From: an uncultured Gammaproteobacteria bacterium
Lineage (GTDB): Bacteria; Patescibacteriota; Microgenomatia; UBA12405
Direction: 5' to 3'
Length of the DNA: 64,000 nt
Assembly: GCA_964408995.1 (NCBI GenBank)
Contig: CAYPBP010000004.1
Location: 16,618-80,617, forward strand
A program made the translations under genes and the position numbers. Shown here piece after piece: positions 28,440 to 37,475 of the stretch (the first letter of the stretch is position 1; every line of letters begins with the position of its first letter). Under the pieces are notes generated by a model that worked only from the letters and a program-made list of their open reading frames with translations, did not search any database and had not been told where the DNA came from.

Positions 28440-28751
28440 TTAATTAACTTCTTTAAGATTATCGACGTAGAGAACTTTACCACTGTACATACCAGAAACT
28501 TCAATATACTTTTTTATATAACTATCTAAGTTATATTTTTGGCTAGTAATAGTGGTGACTTCAGTTCCTGATTTTAAAAGATAACCTTCGGCTGTTTTAA
28601 TTATTAATTGACCAGTTAAAGTAGTAATACTTTTAGTTGGGCTTTTAGAAGTTGGCACAGTAGCAGGCTTGGCCACTAGGCTACAGCCACCTAGACAAAA
28701 TAAAGAAAATAAAAAGATAAAACTGATGGTGATTTTTTTAATATTTTTCAT
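28440..28751 (-). CDS. Small lipoprotein
   Basis: Signal peptide with LGGC lipobox, Pro/Thr linker, small beta domain. Confidence 0.8.
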   Translation of the reverse strand: MKNIKKITISFIFLFSLFCLGGCSLVAKPATVPTSKSPTKSITTLTGQLIIKTAEGYLLKSGTEVTTITSQKYNLDSYIKKYIEVSGMYSGKVLYVDNLKEVN

Positions 28752-28810
28752 TAGAAAATGATAGCAAAAATAGATTAAAATGTCTTTTTGAGGTAAAATT
28801 CATTCTTAAT

Positions 28811-28894
28811 GGTGGGATGCACCGAATTGGTAAGGTACCCCGTTCGAAACGGGACGTTCGCAAGGACATGGGGGTCCGACTCCCTCTCCCACCG
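28811..28894 (+). tRNA. tRNA-Ser(CGA)
   Basis: GGTGGGA/TCCCACC acceptor, CCCG-TTCGAAA-CGGG anticodon arm, long variable arm, G discriminator. Confidence 0.92.
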
Positions 28895-28922
28895 CTTTAA
28901 TTTTGATAAAGTATAATTGGCT

Positions 28923-29345
28923 ATGGAAGAAAAACAAATTCAAATGGTTTTTATGGTGGCAGGAGTGATTATCCAAAAAGATAATAAATATCTTTTAGTC
29001 CAAGAAGGAAAAGGTGCAGCATATAAACTTTGGAATTTCCCAGCTGGAAAGGTGGATTTGGGAGAATCGATTGAAGAGGCAGCCGTTAGAGAAGCTTTTG
29101 AAGAAGTTGGATATAAAGTTGAATTAATTAAAAAAATAAGTGTTCATCAAAAATCAGTTGATGAACCAGTAAAACATATTTTTGAAGCTAAAGTAATAGG
29201 TGGAGAATTAAAAACTAAAAAAGGAGAAATTCTTGATGCTAAATGGTTTTCTTTTAAAGAAATTAAAAATATGGAAAATGAATTACGAAATGGTGAGTGG
29301 ATTATTGATGTAATAAATATTTTTGAGGCTTTGAAAAATGATTAA
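28923..29345 (+). CDS. NUDIX hydrolase
   Basis: PAGKVDLGESIEEAAVREAFEEVG Nudix box. Confidence 0.93.
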   Translation: MEEKQIQMVFMVAGVIIQKDNKYLLVQEGKGAAYKLWNFPAGKVDLGESIEEAAVREAFEEVGYKVELIKKISVHQKSVDEPVKHIFEAKVIGGELKTKKGEILDAKWFSFKEIKNMENELRNGEWIIDVINIFEALKND

Positions 29346-29970
29346 GGTAATTTATTTTGATTTTGGAGGGGTTTTGGTAAATTATGAAAAATTTTTACAT
29401 ACAATGTGTTCTGATTTTGGGTTAAATACTGATGATTTCTTTAAGTTCTACGACAAGTTTGATTATCTCGATATGTCTATTGGGAAAATTACAACTGATG
29501 AATTTTGGCAAAAGTGTATAGAAAAATTTAAGCTTAAAAATGCAGAAAATTATGATTTACTTAAATCTTGGGCATTGGATTATAGGATTATCAAACCAAT
29601 TAATGAACTAGTTTATTCATTGGAAAATAAAATAGATATGGGAATTATTTCCAATATTCCTTCTGGGACTTGGGAGTCTGCATTAAAATATGGAATGGTT
29701 CCAAATATTAAATATAAAAAAGTTTTTTTGTCTTACCAATTGGGTCTTCGTAAACCAGATCCTGAAATTTACAAAATTGTTCAAAAAGAATCAGGAGTTA
29801 AAGGTAAAGAGATTTTATTTGTTGATGATATAGAAGAAAACTTAGTGGTACCTCAAAGTTTAGGTTGGAAAACAGTGTTGTTTAATCAAAATAAAGCTGA
29901 AGAAGGGGTTAAAAAGATTAAAAATTTATTAAAAATAAATGAAAAAAGAACTATTTTATGCCACAAATAA
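29338..29970 (+). CDS. HAD-family phosphatase (subfamily IA)
   Basis: FDFGGVL, ISN, KPDPEIY, FVDD. Confidence 0.92.
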   Translation: MIKVIYFDFGGVLVNYEKFLHTMCSDFGLNTDDFFKFYDKFDYLDMSIGKITTDEFWQKCIEKFKLKNAENYDLLKSWALDYRIIKPINELVYSLENKIDMGIISNIPSGTWESALKYGMVPNIKYKKVFLSYQLGLRKPDPEIYKIVQKESGVKGKEILFVDDIEENLVVPQSLGWKTVLFNQNKAEEGVKKIKNLLKINEKRTILCHK

Positions 29971-30568
29971 TCCTGGAAAGAGATTTGAGGCAATTAAACA
30001 TTTGGGTCATCACGGAATTAAGGTTACCACTCCAAGTGATTATGAAATAAATATTGATATTGAAGAAAGTGGAAATAGTTTAGAAGAAAATGCTATTTTA
30101 AAAGCAGAAGCTTATTCTGACTTAGTAACTGATACCTTAATTCTTTCGGATGATACAGGCTTAGAGATAGATGCCCTTAACGGAGAACCAGGGATTCATG
30201 TGAGACGTTGGAGGGATGGAGAAAATGCTATGACTGATGAAGAATTAATTGATTATTGTTTGGAAAGAATGAAAGGAATTCCAAAAAAAAAGAGAGGAGC
30301 TCAATTTAAGACCGTTTTGGCTTTGAATATCCCCGGTAAAGGAATAGAAATTTTTACTGGAATTTTGAGAGGCTATATTTTGGAAGAAGCATCACCTATT
30401 AGAGTTGAAGGTTTCCCTTTTAAATCTTTATTTTTTGTAGAAGAATGGAACATGCTTTTGGGAGATGCGATGGAGTTGCCAGTTGAGGATAAACAACATT
30501 TGTTGAACCATCGAGAAAAAGCTATGAATAAAGCTATTCCAAGAATTAGAGAATTACTAAAAGATTAG
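29939..30568 (+). CDS. Non-canonical purine NTP pyrophosphatase (Ham1/RdgB family)
   Basis: ATNNPGK, ENA..KA, DDTGLEIDALNGEPG, NHR.KA. Confidence 0.92.
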   Translation: MKKELFYATNNPGKRFEAIKHLGHHGIKVTTPSDYEINIDIEESGNSLEENAILKAEAYSDLVTDTLILSDDTGLEIDALNGEPGIHVRRWRDGENAMTDEELIDYCLERMKGIPKKKRGAQFKTVLALNIPGKGIEIFTGILRGYILEEASPIRVEGFPFKSLFFVEEWNMLLGDAMELPVEDKQHLLNHREKAMNKAIPRIRELLKD

Positions 30569-31896
30569 GCTTTTTTGTATATTTTATTAAGTAAATAAAG
30601 ACTGCCGGTGATGGCCACTAAATTTGAATCTTTTGTGGCTTTTTTGATAGCTAAATTGGGGTTGCTAATTATTTGATATTTATCAAAATTCAAATCTCTT
30701 AAGATTTTGATTAAATAATCTTGGGTCTGAGAAATAGCCACCATATCTTGATCGGTAACTATAAAACTCGTCAAAATAATTTTTTTAGCAATAGGAAGAA
30801 TTTCTTTTAGCATCTTTTTGGCTTCTTTTTTTTGTTTGAAAGCAACTACAAAAACAAAATCTTTTTGAGGAAAAGAAAATTTAAGACTTTTGATGAATGC
30901 AGACATTTTTTGAGGATTGTGAGCTCCATCATAAACAATAGTAGAGTTATTGGTCTTTGAAACATCCATACGACCAAGAAACTTGAAGTTGGCTAGAGTT
31001 TTTTTGACAATTTTTTGGTTAATTTGAAAATTATCACGATTACTAATTGTTTTTAAAACACTTAAGGCTAAAGCACTGTTTTCAACTTGATAGAGAGCAA
31101 TGGTGTTTATTAAAAGTTTTTTTAAAACTAAATTATCAAAACAATAAGTATAAGTTAAACCTTTTTTGGCTAATTTAATATTTTTATAATTTATCCCCTT
31201 TTTGATATAGGAGAGGGACGATTGATTGTCTTTGGCAGCTTTGTCGATAACTAATTTGGCGGCTTTTACTGGCCATAAAGACAAGACTGTATTTTGGGAT
31301 TTAATAATGCCAGCTTTTTGAATAGCAATTTTACCAATAGTACTACCTAAAACATTAGTATGATCTAGGCCAAGTTTGGTAATAACGGCGATTTTATTTT
31401 TAGAGTCAATGATATTAGTGCCATCCATTAACCCCCCCATACCAGTTTCTATAACAGCATAATCGACATGGTAATAATAAAAAGCAAGATAAAAGATGGC
31501 TACTAAAATTTCAAAATAAGTGGGATTGCCAAGACCACTAGTTTTAGTTTTTTCAATAGCAGGGATAACTTTATTTAATAAAAGAACAAAATCTTTTTGA
31601 CTGATTAGTTTATTGTTAATTTGAACTCTTTCTTTGATATCAAAAATGTGGGGAGAAACAGTTAGACCAGTTTTGAATCCATGATTGGCTAATAAGTGGC
31701 TTAAATAAGAAGCAGTAGAGCCTTTGCCAGAAGTGCCGGCAATATGAATGACGGGATAAGAATTTTGAGGATTGCCAAGGCAGTTTAAGATAAATTTTTG
31801 ACGACTAAGGCCAAGCTCTCCGGGATACCTGTATTTACCTTTGGGAATTGATTTATAAAGATATTCGAGGGCCTGTTTATAGTTTTGAATCTTCAT
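30565..31896 (-). CDS. folC: Folylpolyglutamate synthase/dihydrofolate synthase
   Basis: IHIAGTSGKGST, SPH...ER, ETGMGG..D.TN, GLDH, KAGI, DGAHNP, TGSLY. Confidence 0.93.
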   Translation of the reverse strand: MKIQNYKQALEYLYKSIPKGKYRYPGELGLSRQKFILNCLGNPQNSYPVIHIAGTSGKGSTASYLSHLLANHGFKTGLTVSPHIFDIKERVQINNKLISQKDFVLLLNKVIPAIEKTKTSGLGNPTYFEILVAIFYLAFYYYHVDYAVIETGMGGLMDGTNIIDSKNKIAVITKLGLDHTNVLGSTIGKIAIQKAGIIKSQNTVLSLWPVKAAKLVIDKAAKDNQSSLSYIKKGINYKNIKLAKKGLTYTYCFDNLVLKKLLINTIALYQVENSALALSVLKTISNRDNFQINQKIVKKTLANFKFLGRMDVSKTNNSTIVYDGAHNPQKMSAFIKSLKFSFPQKDFVFVVAFKQKKEAKKMLKEILPIAKKIILTSFIVTDQDMVAISQTQDYLIKILRDLNFDKYQIISNPNLAIKKATKDSNLVAITGSLYLLNKIYKKA

Positions 31897-32563
31897 CTTT
31901 TACTGGTTTATTGAGCCAATTAATGCCTAAATAAACAAAAGGAGTAGTGAAAACTGACATAGTAGTTTTTAAAATCCAATAAGGCAAAATGATTCCCCAT
32001 AAAAAAGTTACATTATCTGAAAATGAGGTATTGAGAGAATAGAAAGCCACTGTTATAAAAATGAAAGTGTCAAAAAAGACAGCCAAGGTGTTAGAAAGAT
32101 TGTTTCTAAACCAAAGACCGTATTTGCTCATCTTTTGTTTTAATTTGTGGAAAACATTGATATCTAAGAAATTAGATATAGAAATAGCAATTAAACTAGC
32201 AATGGAAATTCTGATTGATTGGGAGAATATTTTGTTATAACTATCAACCATAGGTAAAAAACGGGTTGATGAAGGTAGGGCAATAGCAAAAGAAGAGAAT
32301 AAAATTATAAAGAAAATTATAGAAATTGAAATTTTAGCCAAATTTTTGGCTCGTTTATATCCATAAACTTCAGTAAAAATATCATTGATGGAAAAAATCC
32401 AAGGAATTAAAAACATACCCATAGCTCCAGTTAATTTAAGGCCAAAGATAGTAACTAGAGGAAAAGTTTTGGAACCCATTAATTCGGCAGCAACTAGACA
32501 AAAAATGTATACAGCAACTAAGAAATCAGACTTATATTGGTTTTGATTGGGTAACTTTTTCAT
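31877..32563 (-). CDS. Queuosine precursor transporter (YhhQ/DUF165)
   Basis: D...EVYG.K.A, RI..AS..A, D..VF..LK, LWFRNNLS, DT..F. Confidence 0.9.
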   Translation of the reverse strand: MKKLPNQNQYKSDFLVAVYIFCLVAAELMGSKTFPLVTIFGLKLTGAMGMFLIPWIFSINDIFTEVYGYKRAKNLAKISISIIFFIILFSSFAIALPSSTRFLPMVDSYNKIFSQSIRISIASLIAISISNFLDINVFHKLKQKMSKYGLWFRNNLSNTLAVFFDTFIFITVAFYSLNTSFSDNVTFLWGIILPYWILKTTMSVFTTPFVYLGINWLNKPVKDEDSKL

Positions 32564-32622
32564 AAATGTTTTTTAAATTAATAAGGAATTATATCAAATG
32601 ATATTTTGTATAATATACAGAT

Positions 32623-33231
32623 ATGATTAAAGCTATAATTTTTGATTTTGGAAATGTTATCTGTCATTTTACTAATGAAATTCTTATTGAAAGAATCAGT
32701 AAGCTTTCGGGTAAAATAAAAGAAGAAGTCTTTGATTTGATTTATAAAGAATCTGAATTACCTAAAAAATATGAAACTGGATTAATAACTTCTCAAGAAT
32801 TTTATAGTGGATTATCAAAAGTTTTAGGTTTAAATGTGCCATATGAACAATTCAAAGAGATTTATTATAAAGATAAATTTACTCCAGTTGAAGGAACAAT
32901 GGATTTAATTAAAAAATTGCAAAAGAATTACAGAATTAATCTGTTATCTAACACTAGTGAATGGGATTTTGAATATATGAATAAAGTCGCCCCAATTATA
33001 AAAACTTTTGAGACAATAACTACTTCTTTTCAATCAAAATCAATGAAACCAGATAAAAAAATATTTTTAGATGCTTTGGGCAAATTGAAATTGAAGCCGA
33101 AAGATTGTGTTTACACTGATGATATTTTGGAATATGCAAAGGCAGCAAAAGATTTAGGAATGATAGGAATTCAATTTACCACCGCTAAAAAATTTGAAAA
33201 TGATTTAAAAAAGTTGGGAGTGAAGATTTGA
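32623..33231 (+). CDS. HAD-family phosphatase
   Basis: IFDFGNVI, LSNT, MKPD..IF, YTDD. Confidence 0.92.
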   Translation: MIKAIIFDFGNVICHFTNEILIERISKLSGKIKEEVFDLIYKESELPKKYETGLITSQEFYSGLSKVLGLNVPYEQFKEIYYKDKFTPVEGTMDLIKKLQKNYRINLLSNTSEWDFEYMNKVAPIIKTFETITTSFQSKSMKPDKKIFLDALGKLKLKPKDCVYTDDILEYAKAAKDLGMIGIQFTTAKKFENDLKKLGVKI

Positions 33232-33263
33232 CATTTGGTAAAAAACCCTTAAAATAGCGCCAT

Positions 33264-33497
33264 ATGTCAAATAATAGAGAAAAATGTCCAAATAATAGTT
33301 ACCTTGGATCTGCCGATTGTTATGGTTGTTCGTGTGCCGATTTTAATGATCCTTTAAAAGATATCGTTTGTCGATGCCCAAAAGATATAAAGGATCCTCA
33401 AGGAATTGATAACTTAAAAAAAGGTTATGTGGAAGCTTCTCAAAGTCCAACCCAAAACGGATTTATTGAATATTTAAAAAATCTTCCACAAAAATAA
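33264..33497 (+). CDS. Small Cys-rich hypothetical protein
   Basis: 77 aa with six Cys; preceded by TTGACA...TAAAAT. Confidence 0.6.
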   Translation: MSNNREKCPNNSYLGSADCYGCSCADFNDPLKDIVCRCPKDIKDPQGIDNLKKGYVEASQSPTQNGFIEYLKNLPQK

Positions 33498-33815
33498 TTA
33501 TTTCTTTTTAAAAAGAGAAGTGAAATAAGGTAGGTGCCAAAGAGTGTGAAAAATGGCAACTAGAGCCATGACAATACCAGTCTCGACATGAATCCAAAGT
33601 ATTGATTGATACCAAGAAATGGAGAGTTTTAGGTCAATAAACATAGCTAAAATTAGGCCAATGATTCCGGAAATTAAAAAGGATATGAGTAAAATAATAT
33701 TCCATATACGACGATGAGTAATTAGAGAAATTTTTTGGGATTTAACTAAGTAACTAGAAATAAAATAAAAGTCAAAAACGATAAAAGATAGGAGAAAAAA
33801 ATAGTAATTATTCAT
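33498..33815 (-). CDS. Small membrane protein with conserved His (DUF4405-like)
   Basis: Three TMs; WIHVETG and FHTLWH. Confidence 0.75.
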   Translation of the reverse strand: MNNYYFFLLSFIVFDFYFISSYLVKSQKISLITHRRIWNIILLISFLISGIIGLILAMFIDLKLSISWYQSILWIHVETGIVMALVAIFHTLWHLPYFTSLFKKK

Positions 33816-33818
33816 AAA

Positions 33819-34181
33819 TTATTCTAGGGTAATAGCACTGGCAGGACAAATATTAATAGCCATCGATAAGTTTTGAGAATCTAAATTGGTTGATGAAATA
33901 ACAAAAGCTTTACCAGTATTAGGATTCATTTCAAAATGGGATGGATCAATTCTGGTACATTTACCACAACCAATACAACGAAGTGGTAGGACAGTTAATT
34001 TTTGAAGGTGAAGTGGATTAGAAGAGATTGTAGGTGATGGTTCTTTTGTTGGTGATAAGTTTGATTCTTCATCTAAAGAAATTTTTGGAGAACTAAAATC
34101 AGGTTTAATTATAGAAATAATAAAAGCAGTGATAGTACCAAAAACTAAAAATAAAGGTAAGAAAAGTTTTTTAATGGTCAT
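33819..34181 (-). CDS. Membrane-anchored ferredoxin
   Basis: N-terminal TM, S/P linker, CIGCGKC...P..F...CPASAI. Confidence 0.85.
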   Translation of the reverse strand: MTIKKLFLPLFLVFGTITAFIISIIKPDFSSPKISLDEESNLSPTKEPSPTISSNPLHLQKLTVLPLRCIGCGKCTRIDPSHFEMNPNTGKAFVISSTNLDSQNLSMAINICPASAITLE

Positions 34182-35554
34182 ATTAAGTTAACTTCTTCAA
34201 TAATTTTTTTTCTTTGCCAAGAACCTTGTTTGTATAAAGCAAAAGCCATACTAGCACTAATAACATTGGTAATTGGGAAAGAAAGCCAAATTCCTCTTAT
34301 GCCTAGACTGGTTTTTTGAGACAAAAAATAAGCCAAAGGGATTAAAACAAAGAATTGAGAAAAAATAGTCATAAACATGGTAGTGGTAGTTTTGCCAGCA
34401 GCTATAAAAACATTAGCAAAAGACATTTGAAGACCAACAAAACCAAAACCAACTGCAGCGGTTCTAATAAAAGCAGCACCGGTAGCAATGACTAATGGAT
34501 CATTGGGAATAAAGAAAGAAATAAATTGAGGAGCAAAAATGAAAACAATTAAAGATAAAAAAGACAAGATTGAAAAAGAAAGAACCGCGCTTAGTTTAGA
34601 AATTCGAATCGCTTCTTTGATATTTTTGGCACCAATATTTTGGCCAACCAGAGTACCATTGGCAACTGCTAGACCAATGCCAACCATAAAAATTACTTGA
34701 TTAATATTAGAAGCGGCACCATAAGAGGCCACAGCAACAGTACCAAAACCAGTAAATAGAGATATAACAAAAACCATAGCGAAATTTCTGGCTGATTGTT
34801 CGATTGATGAAGGCAAACCAATTAAAAAAGCTTTTTTAATGAATTTAAAATCAGGTATAAAGTCAGCTAGTTTTAAGTGGATTCCATGTTTGCCACCAAA
34901 TAAAATTGCCATACCAATAATGGCTGATAAAGCTTGAGTTATAAAAGTGGCCATAGCGGCACCCATAGGACCCATAGCCGGGATTCGCCCATAACCAAAA
35001 ATAAAAAGAGGGTCAAGAAAGAAATTTAAAATTACAGTAACGATAACTACATAAACTGGAATAATTGGTTTGCCAATTCCCCTCATAATTGACATGAAGA
35101 TGAAGAAAAAGAAATTGAAAATAATAGCAGCAAAAGAAATTCTTAGAAAACCAAGAGCATTAGAAAAAATTTCATCATTAGCTCCCATAAATTTAAGGAT
35201 ATTGGGAGCAAAAATCAAACCTAAAATACTAAAAATAAACGACAGAAAAACAACCATTAAAATGGTTTGAGCAGCAGAATGACTGACCATTTTGTTGTTT
35301 TTGGCACCAAAATATTGAGCCACAAAAGTAGATCCAGCCATGGCAAAACCAATACCAATTGAAAAAGCGAGAAAAATAATTGGAGCACAAATGGAAACAG
35401 AAGCTAAAGCGGCTCCGCCAAGACGACCAACCCAAAAAGAATCAGTCATCTGATATATGGATTGAAAAAGATTGGCCACAATAACAGGAATAGCTAAAGT
35501 AAAAATAATCTTTAGAATAGGCATTTTGATAATAGATTTGGCTTTGTTTATCAT
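34178..35554 (-). CDS. MATE family efflux transporter
   Basis: About 12 TMs; D..WVGRLG, AQYFGA, RGIG, LDPLFIFG, GAA.AT, GQNIGA. Confidence 0.95.
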   Translation of the reverse strand: MINKAKSIIKMPILKIIFTLAIPVIVANLFQSIYQMTDSFWVGRLGGAALASVSICAPIIFLAFSIGIGFAMAGSTFVAQYFGAKNNKMVSHSAAQTILMVVFLSFIFSILGLIFAPNILKFMGANDEIFSNALGFLRISFAAIIFNFFFFIFMSIMRGIGKPIIPVYVVIVTVILNFFLDPLFIFGYGRIPAMGPMGAAMATFITQALSAIIGMAILFGGKHGIHLKLADFIPDFKFIKKAFLIGLPSSIEQSARNFAMVFVISLFTGFGTVAVASYGAASNINQVIFMVGIGLAVANGTLVGQNIGAKNIKEAIRISKLSAVLSFSILSFLSLIVFIFAPQFISFFIPNDPLVIATGAAFIRTAAVGFGFVGLQMSFANVFIAAGKTTTTMFMTIFSQFFVLIPLAYFLSQKTSLGIRGIWLSFPITNVISASMAFALYKQGSWQRKKIIEEVNLI

Positions 35555-35563
35555 AATTTAAAT

Positions 35564-35609
35564 CCCTCTCCTTCGACAGGCTCAGGATTCTCCCATTAAA
35601 GAAGGGAGA
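35564..35609. repeat. REP-like composite element
   Basis: CCCTCTC-CTTCGACAGGCTCAGGA-TTCTCCC-ATTAAAGAA-GGGAGA. Confidence 0.6.
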
Positions 35610-35654
35610 TTTACAGTTTTTAATTTTAACACTTAATTAACTTATAATTGATTA

Positions 35655-36350
35655 ATGAAAACAATTTGGAAATGGATAATTTTAATAATTGAAATGGTAA
35701 TACTTTGGGGATTGATATTAAATTTTTTAAGGACGATGAGATTGGTGGATGTAAAAAGAATACCAATGGTGAAAGAAATAGTTGAATATATACCAGAATT
35801 GCCAACACCAACTCCAAAACCAACTATAATCATAACTCCAACTCCAATTGTAATAAAAAAAATAGTGACCCCAACTAAAAAACAAATAATAGACGATGGT
35901 GAACCTTGGGGAGTAGCAAAACAGATAGGTGAAGTAACTTGGACAATGAAAATTGGCGAGGATGAAAGAATGGCAACTCCTAGAGAAATTTTTGATGCTT
36001 TAAATGAATATCGAAGAGTCCATAATTCACAAATTTTAAATTGGGATGAGAAATTGTCTAATTATGCCCAGCAAAGAGCTCAATATTTGAATAGTATTAA
36101 ATCAGTCGATCAACATAAAGGTTTTAAAAACTTTTTAGAAAATGAAGATGGATTTAATAAAGTAGGCTTTACATCTCTTGGGGAAAATATTAGTTTTGGA
36201 TATAGATTGAATGGAGTTCATACAATTGAATGGATGTATGCTGGAGATAAACCTCACAACGATAACCAACTTAATACTAAATGGGATCATGTGGGAATTG
36301 GGGTTGATGGATTGGCTACTTGTTTAATTTTTGGAACTGGAAAATTTTGA
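35655..36350 (+). CDS. Membrane-anchored CAP (SCP) domain protein
   Basis: TM, PT-rich linker, LNEYR...L.WDE.L...AQ.RA, GENI, PH..N.L...W..VGIG. Confidence 0.88.
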   Translation: MKTIWKWIILIIEMVILWGLILNFLRTMRLVDVKRIPMVKEIVEYIPELPTPTPKPTIIITPTPIVIKKIVTPTKKQIIDDGEPWGVAKQIGEVTWTMKIGEDERMATPREIFDALNEYRRVHNSQILNWDEKLSNYAQQRAQYLNSIKSVDQHKGFKNFLENEDGFNKVGFTSLGENISFGYRLNGVHTIEWMYAGDKPHNDNQLNTKWDHVGIGVDGLATCLIFGTGKF

Positions 36351-36365
36351 TATACTTAATTTAAT

Positions 36366-36926
36366 ATGAACAAAACACAACAAAACCTCCTAAAAGCATT
36401 TGCTGGTGAGAGCCAAGCCAGAAATAAGTATTACATGTTTGCCAAAATGGCTCGAAAAGAAAATTTAGAATGGGTAGCTCGAGTCTTTGAAGAAACAGCT
36501 GACCAAGAAAGAGCTCACGCTGAAGAAGAGTTTGAAATGATTAAAGATTTGGTAACTGTTGAAGAAAATTTGGGAATTGGACCATTTAGTAAAAATACTT
36601 TAGAGAATTTAAGAATGGCTGCCGCTGGTGAACATCATGAATGGACAGAAATGTATCCATCTTTTGAAGAACAAGCCAAAATTGATGGAGATACTGAGGC
36701 TGAGAGATTATTTAGAGAAGTTAGAGAGGTCGAAGAAAAACATGAAGAAAGATATTTGATTATTGCCACTCATATGGATGCCAATACTCTTTACAATCGA
36801 GATGTAGAACTAGAATGGAAATGTGTTAATTGTGGTTATATCCATAAAGGAAAAACTCCCCCACAAACTTGTCCTGTATGTAAAAAACCATATACTTGGT
36901 ATCAACCATTAGGACTGGTAAGATAA
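36366..36926 (+). CDS. Rubrerythrin
   Basis: AFAGESQARNKY, E..HA, GE..E...MY, E..HE, CVNCG...CPVC rubredoxin domain. Confidence 0.95.
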   Translation: MNKTQQNLLKAFAGESQARNKYYMFAKMARKENLEWVARVFEETADQERAHAEEEFEMIKDLVTVEENLGIGPFSKNTLENLRMAAAGEHHEWTEMYPSFEEQAKIDGDTEAERLFREVREVEEKHEERYLIIATHMDANTLYNRDVELEWKCVNCGYIHKGKTPPQTCPVCKKPYTWYQPLGLVR

Positions 36927-36932
36927 TTAATA

Positions 36933-37475
36933 GTGATTATTTTTAAAAAATATAAAGATTTAACTCTATTTTTTTCGGGAATAATATTGGCTTTTATTTT
37001 GTCAACATTGCCTTGGGTAAATAATTTTTTAGCTAGTCTCCATACTTTTGGTTATATAGGAGCATTAATTGGAGGAATCTTTTATGTTTACAGTTTTACT
37101 GTGGGAATTGGAATAATGATTATTGTAATCTTGTCTAAAAGTTTACCTGTCTTACCATTAGTTTTGATTTCTAGTTTTGGATCAATGCTTGGTGATACTT
37201 TATTATTTAAATTAACAAAAGATAATTTAAAAGATGAACTTTTGGAAATTTATAAAATAATTGATAAAAAACAAATAATAAAAAGAACTTTATATCATCG
37301 AAAATTAAAGTGGATATTACCAATTTTAGGAATAACTATAGTTGCAAGTCCTCTATCTAATGAACTTGGAATAATGTTACTAGGAGTTAGTGATATAAAG
37401 AAAAGATATTTTATGCCAGCTAGTTTTGTGCTTAATGGAACTGGTCTTTATTTATTAATAATGGCAATAACTTAA
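36933..37475 (+). CDS. Membrane protein (DedA/VTT-like)
   Basis: Multiple TMs; GSMLGD..LF, ASPLSNELG. Confidence 0.75.
   Translation: MIIFKKYKDLTLFFSGIILAFILSTLPWVNNFLASLHTFGYIGALIGGIFYVYSFTVGIGIMIIVILSKSLPVLPLVLISSFGSMLGDTLLFKLTKDNLKDELLEIYKIIDKKQIIKRTLYHRKLKWILPILGITIVASPLSNELGIMLLGVSDIKKRYFMPASFVLNGTGLYLLIMAIT

Noticed and set aside
28216-28529. ORFs 28216..28434, 28316..28504, 28320..28529
   Set aside because: They overlap tRNA-Arg and its remnant and are translations of tRNA sequence
32564-32622. preQ1 riboswitch upstream of the queuosine-precursor transporter
   Set aside because: The 59-bp AT-rich intergenic region shows no preQ1 stem or A-rich tail; only divergent -10 boxes
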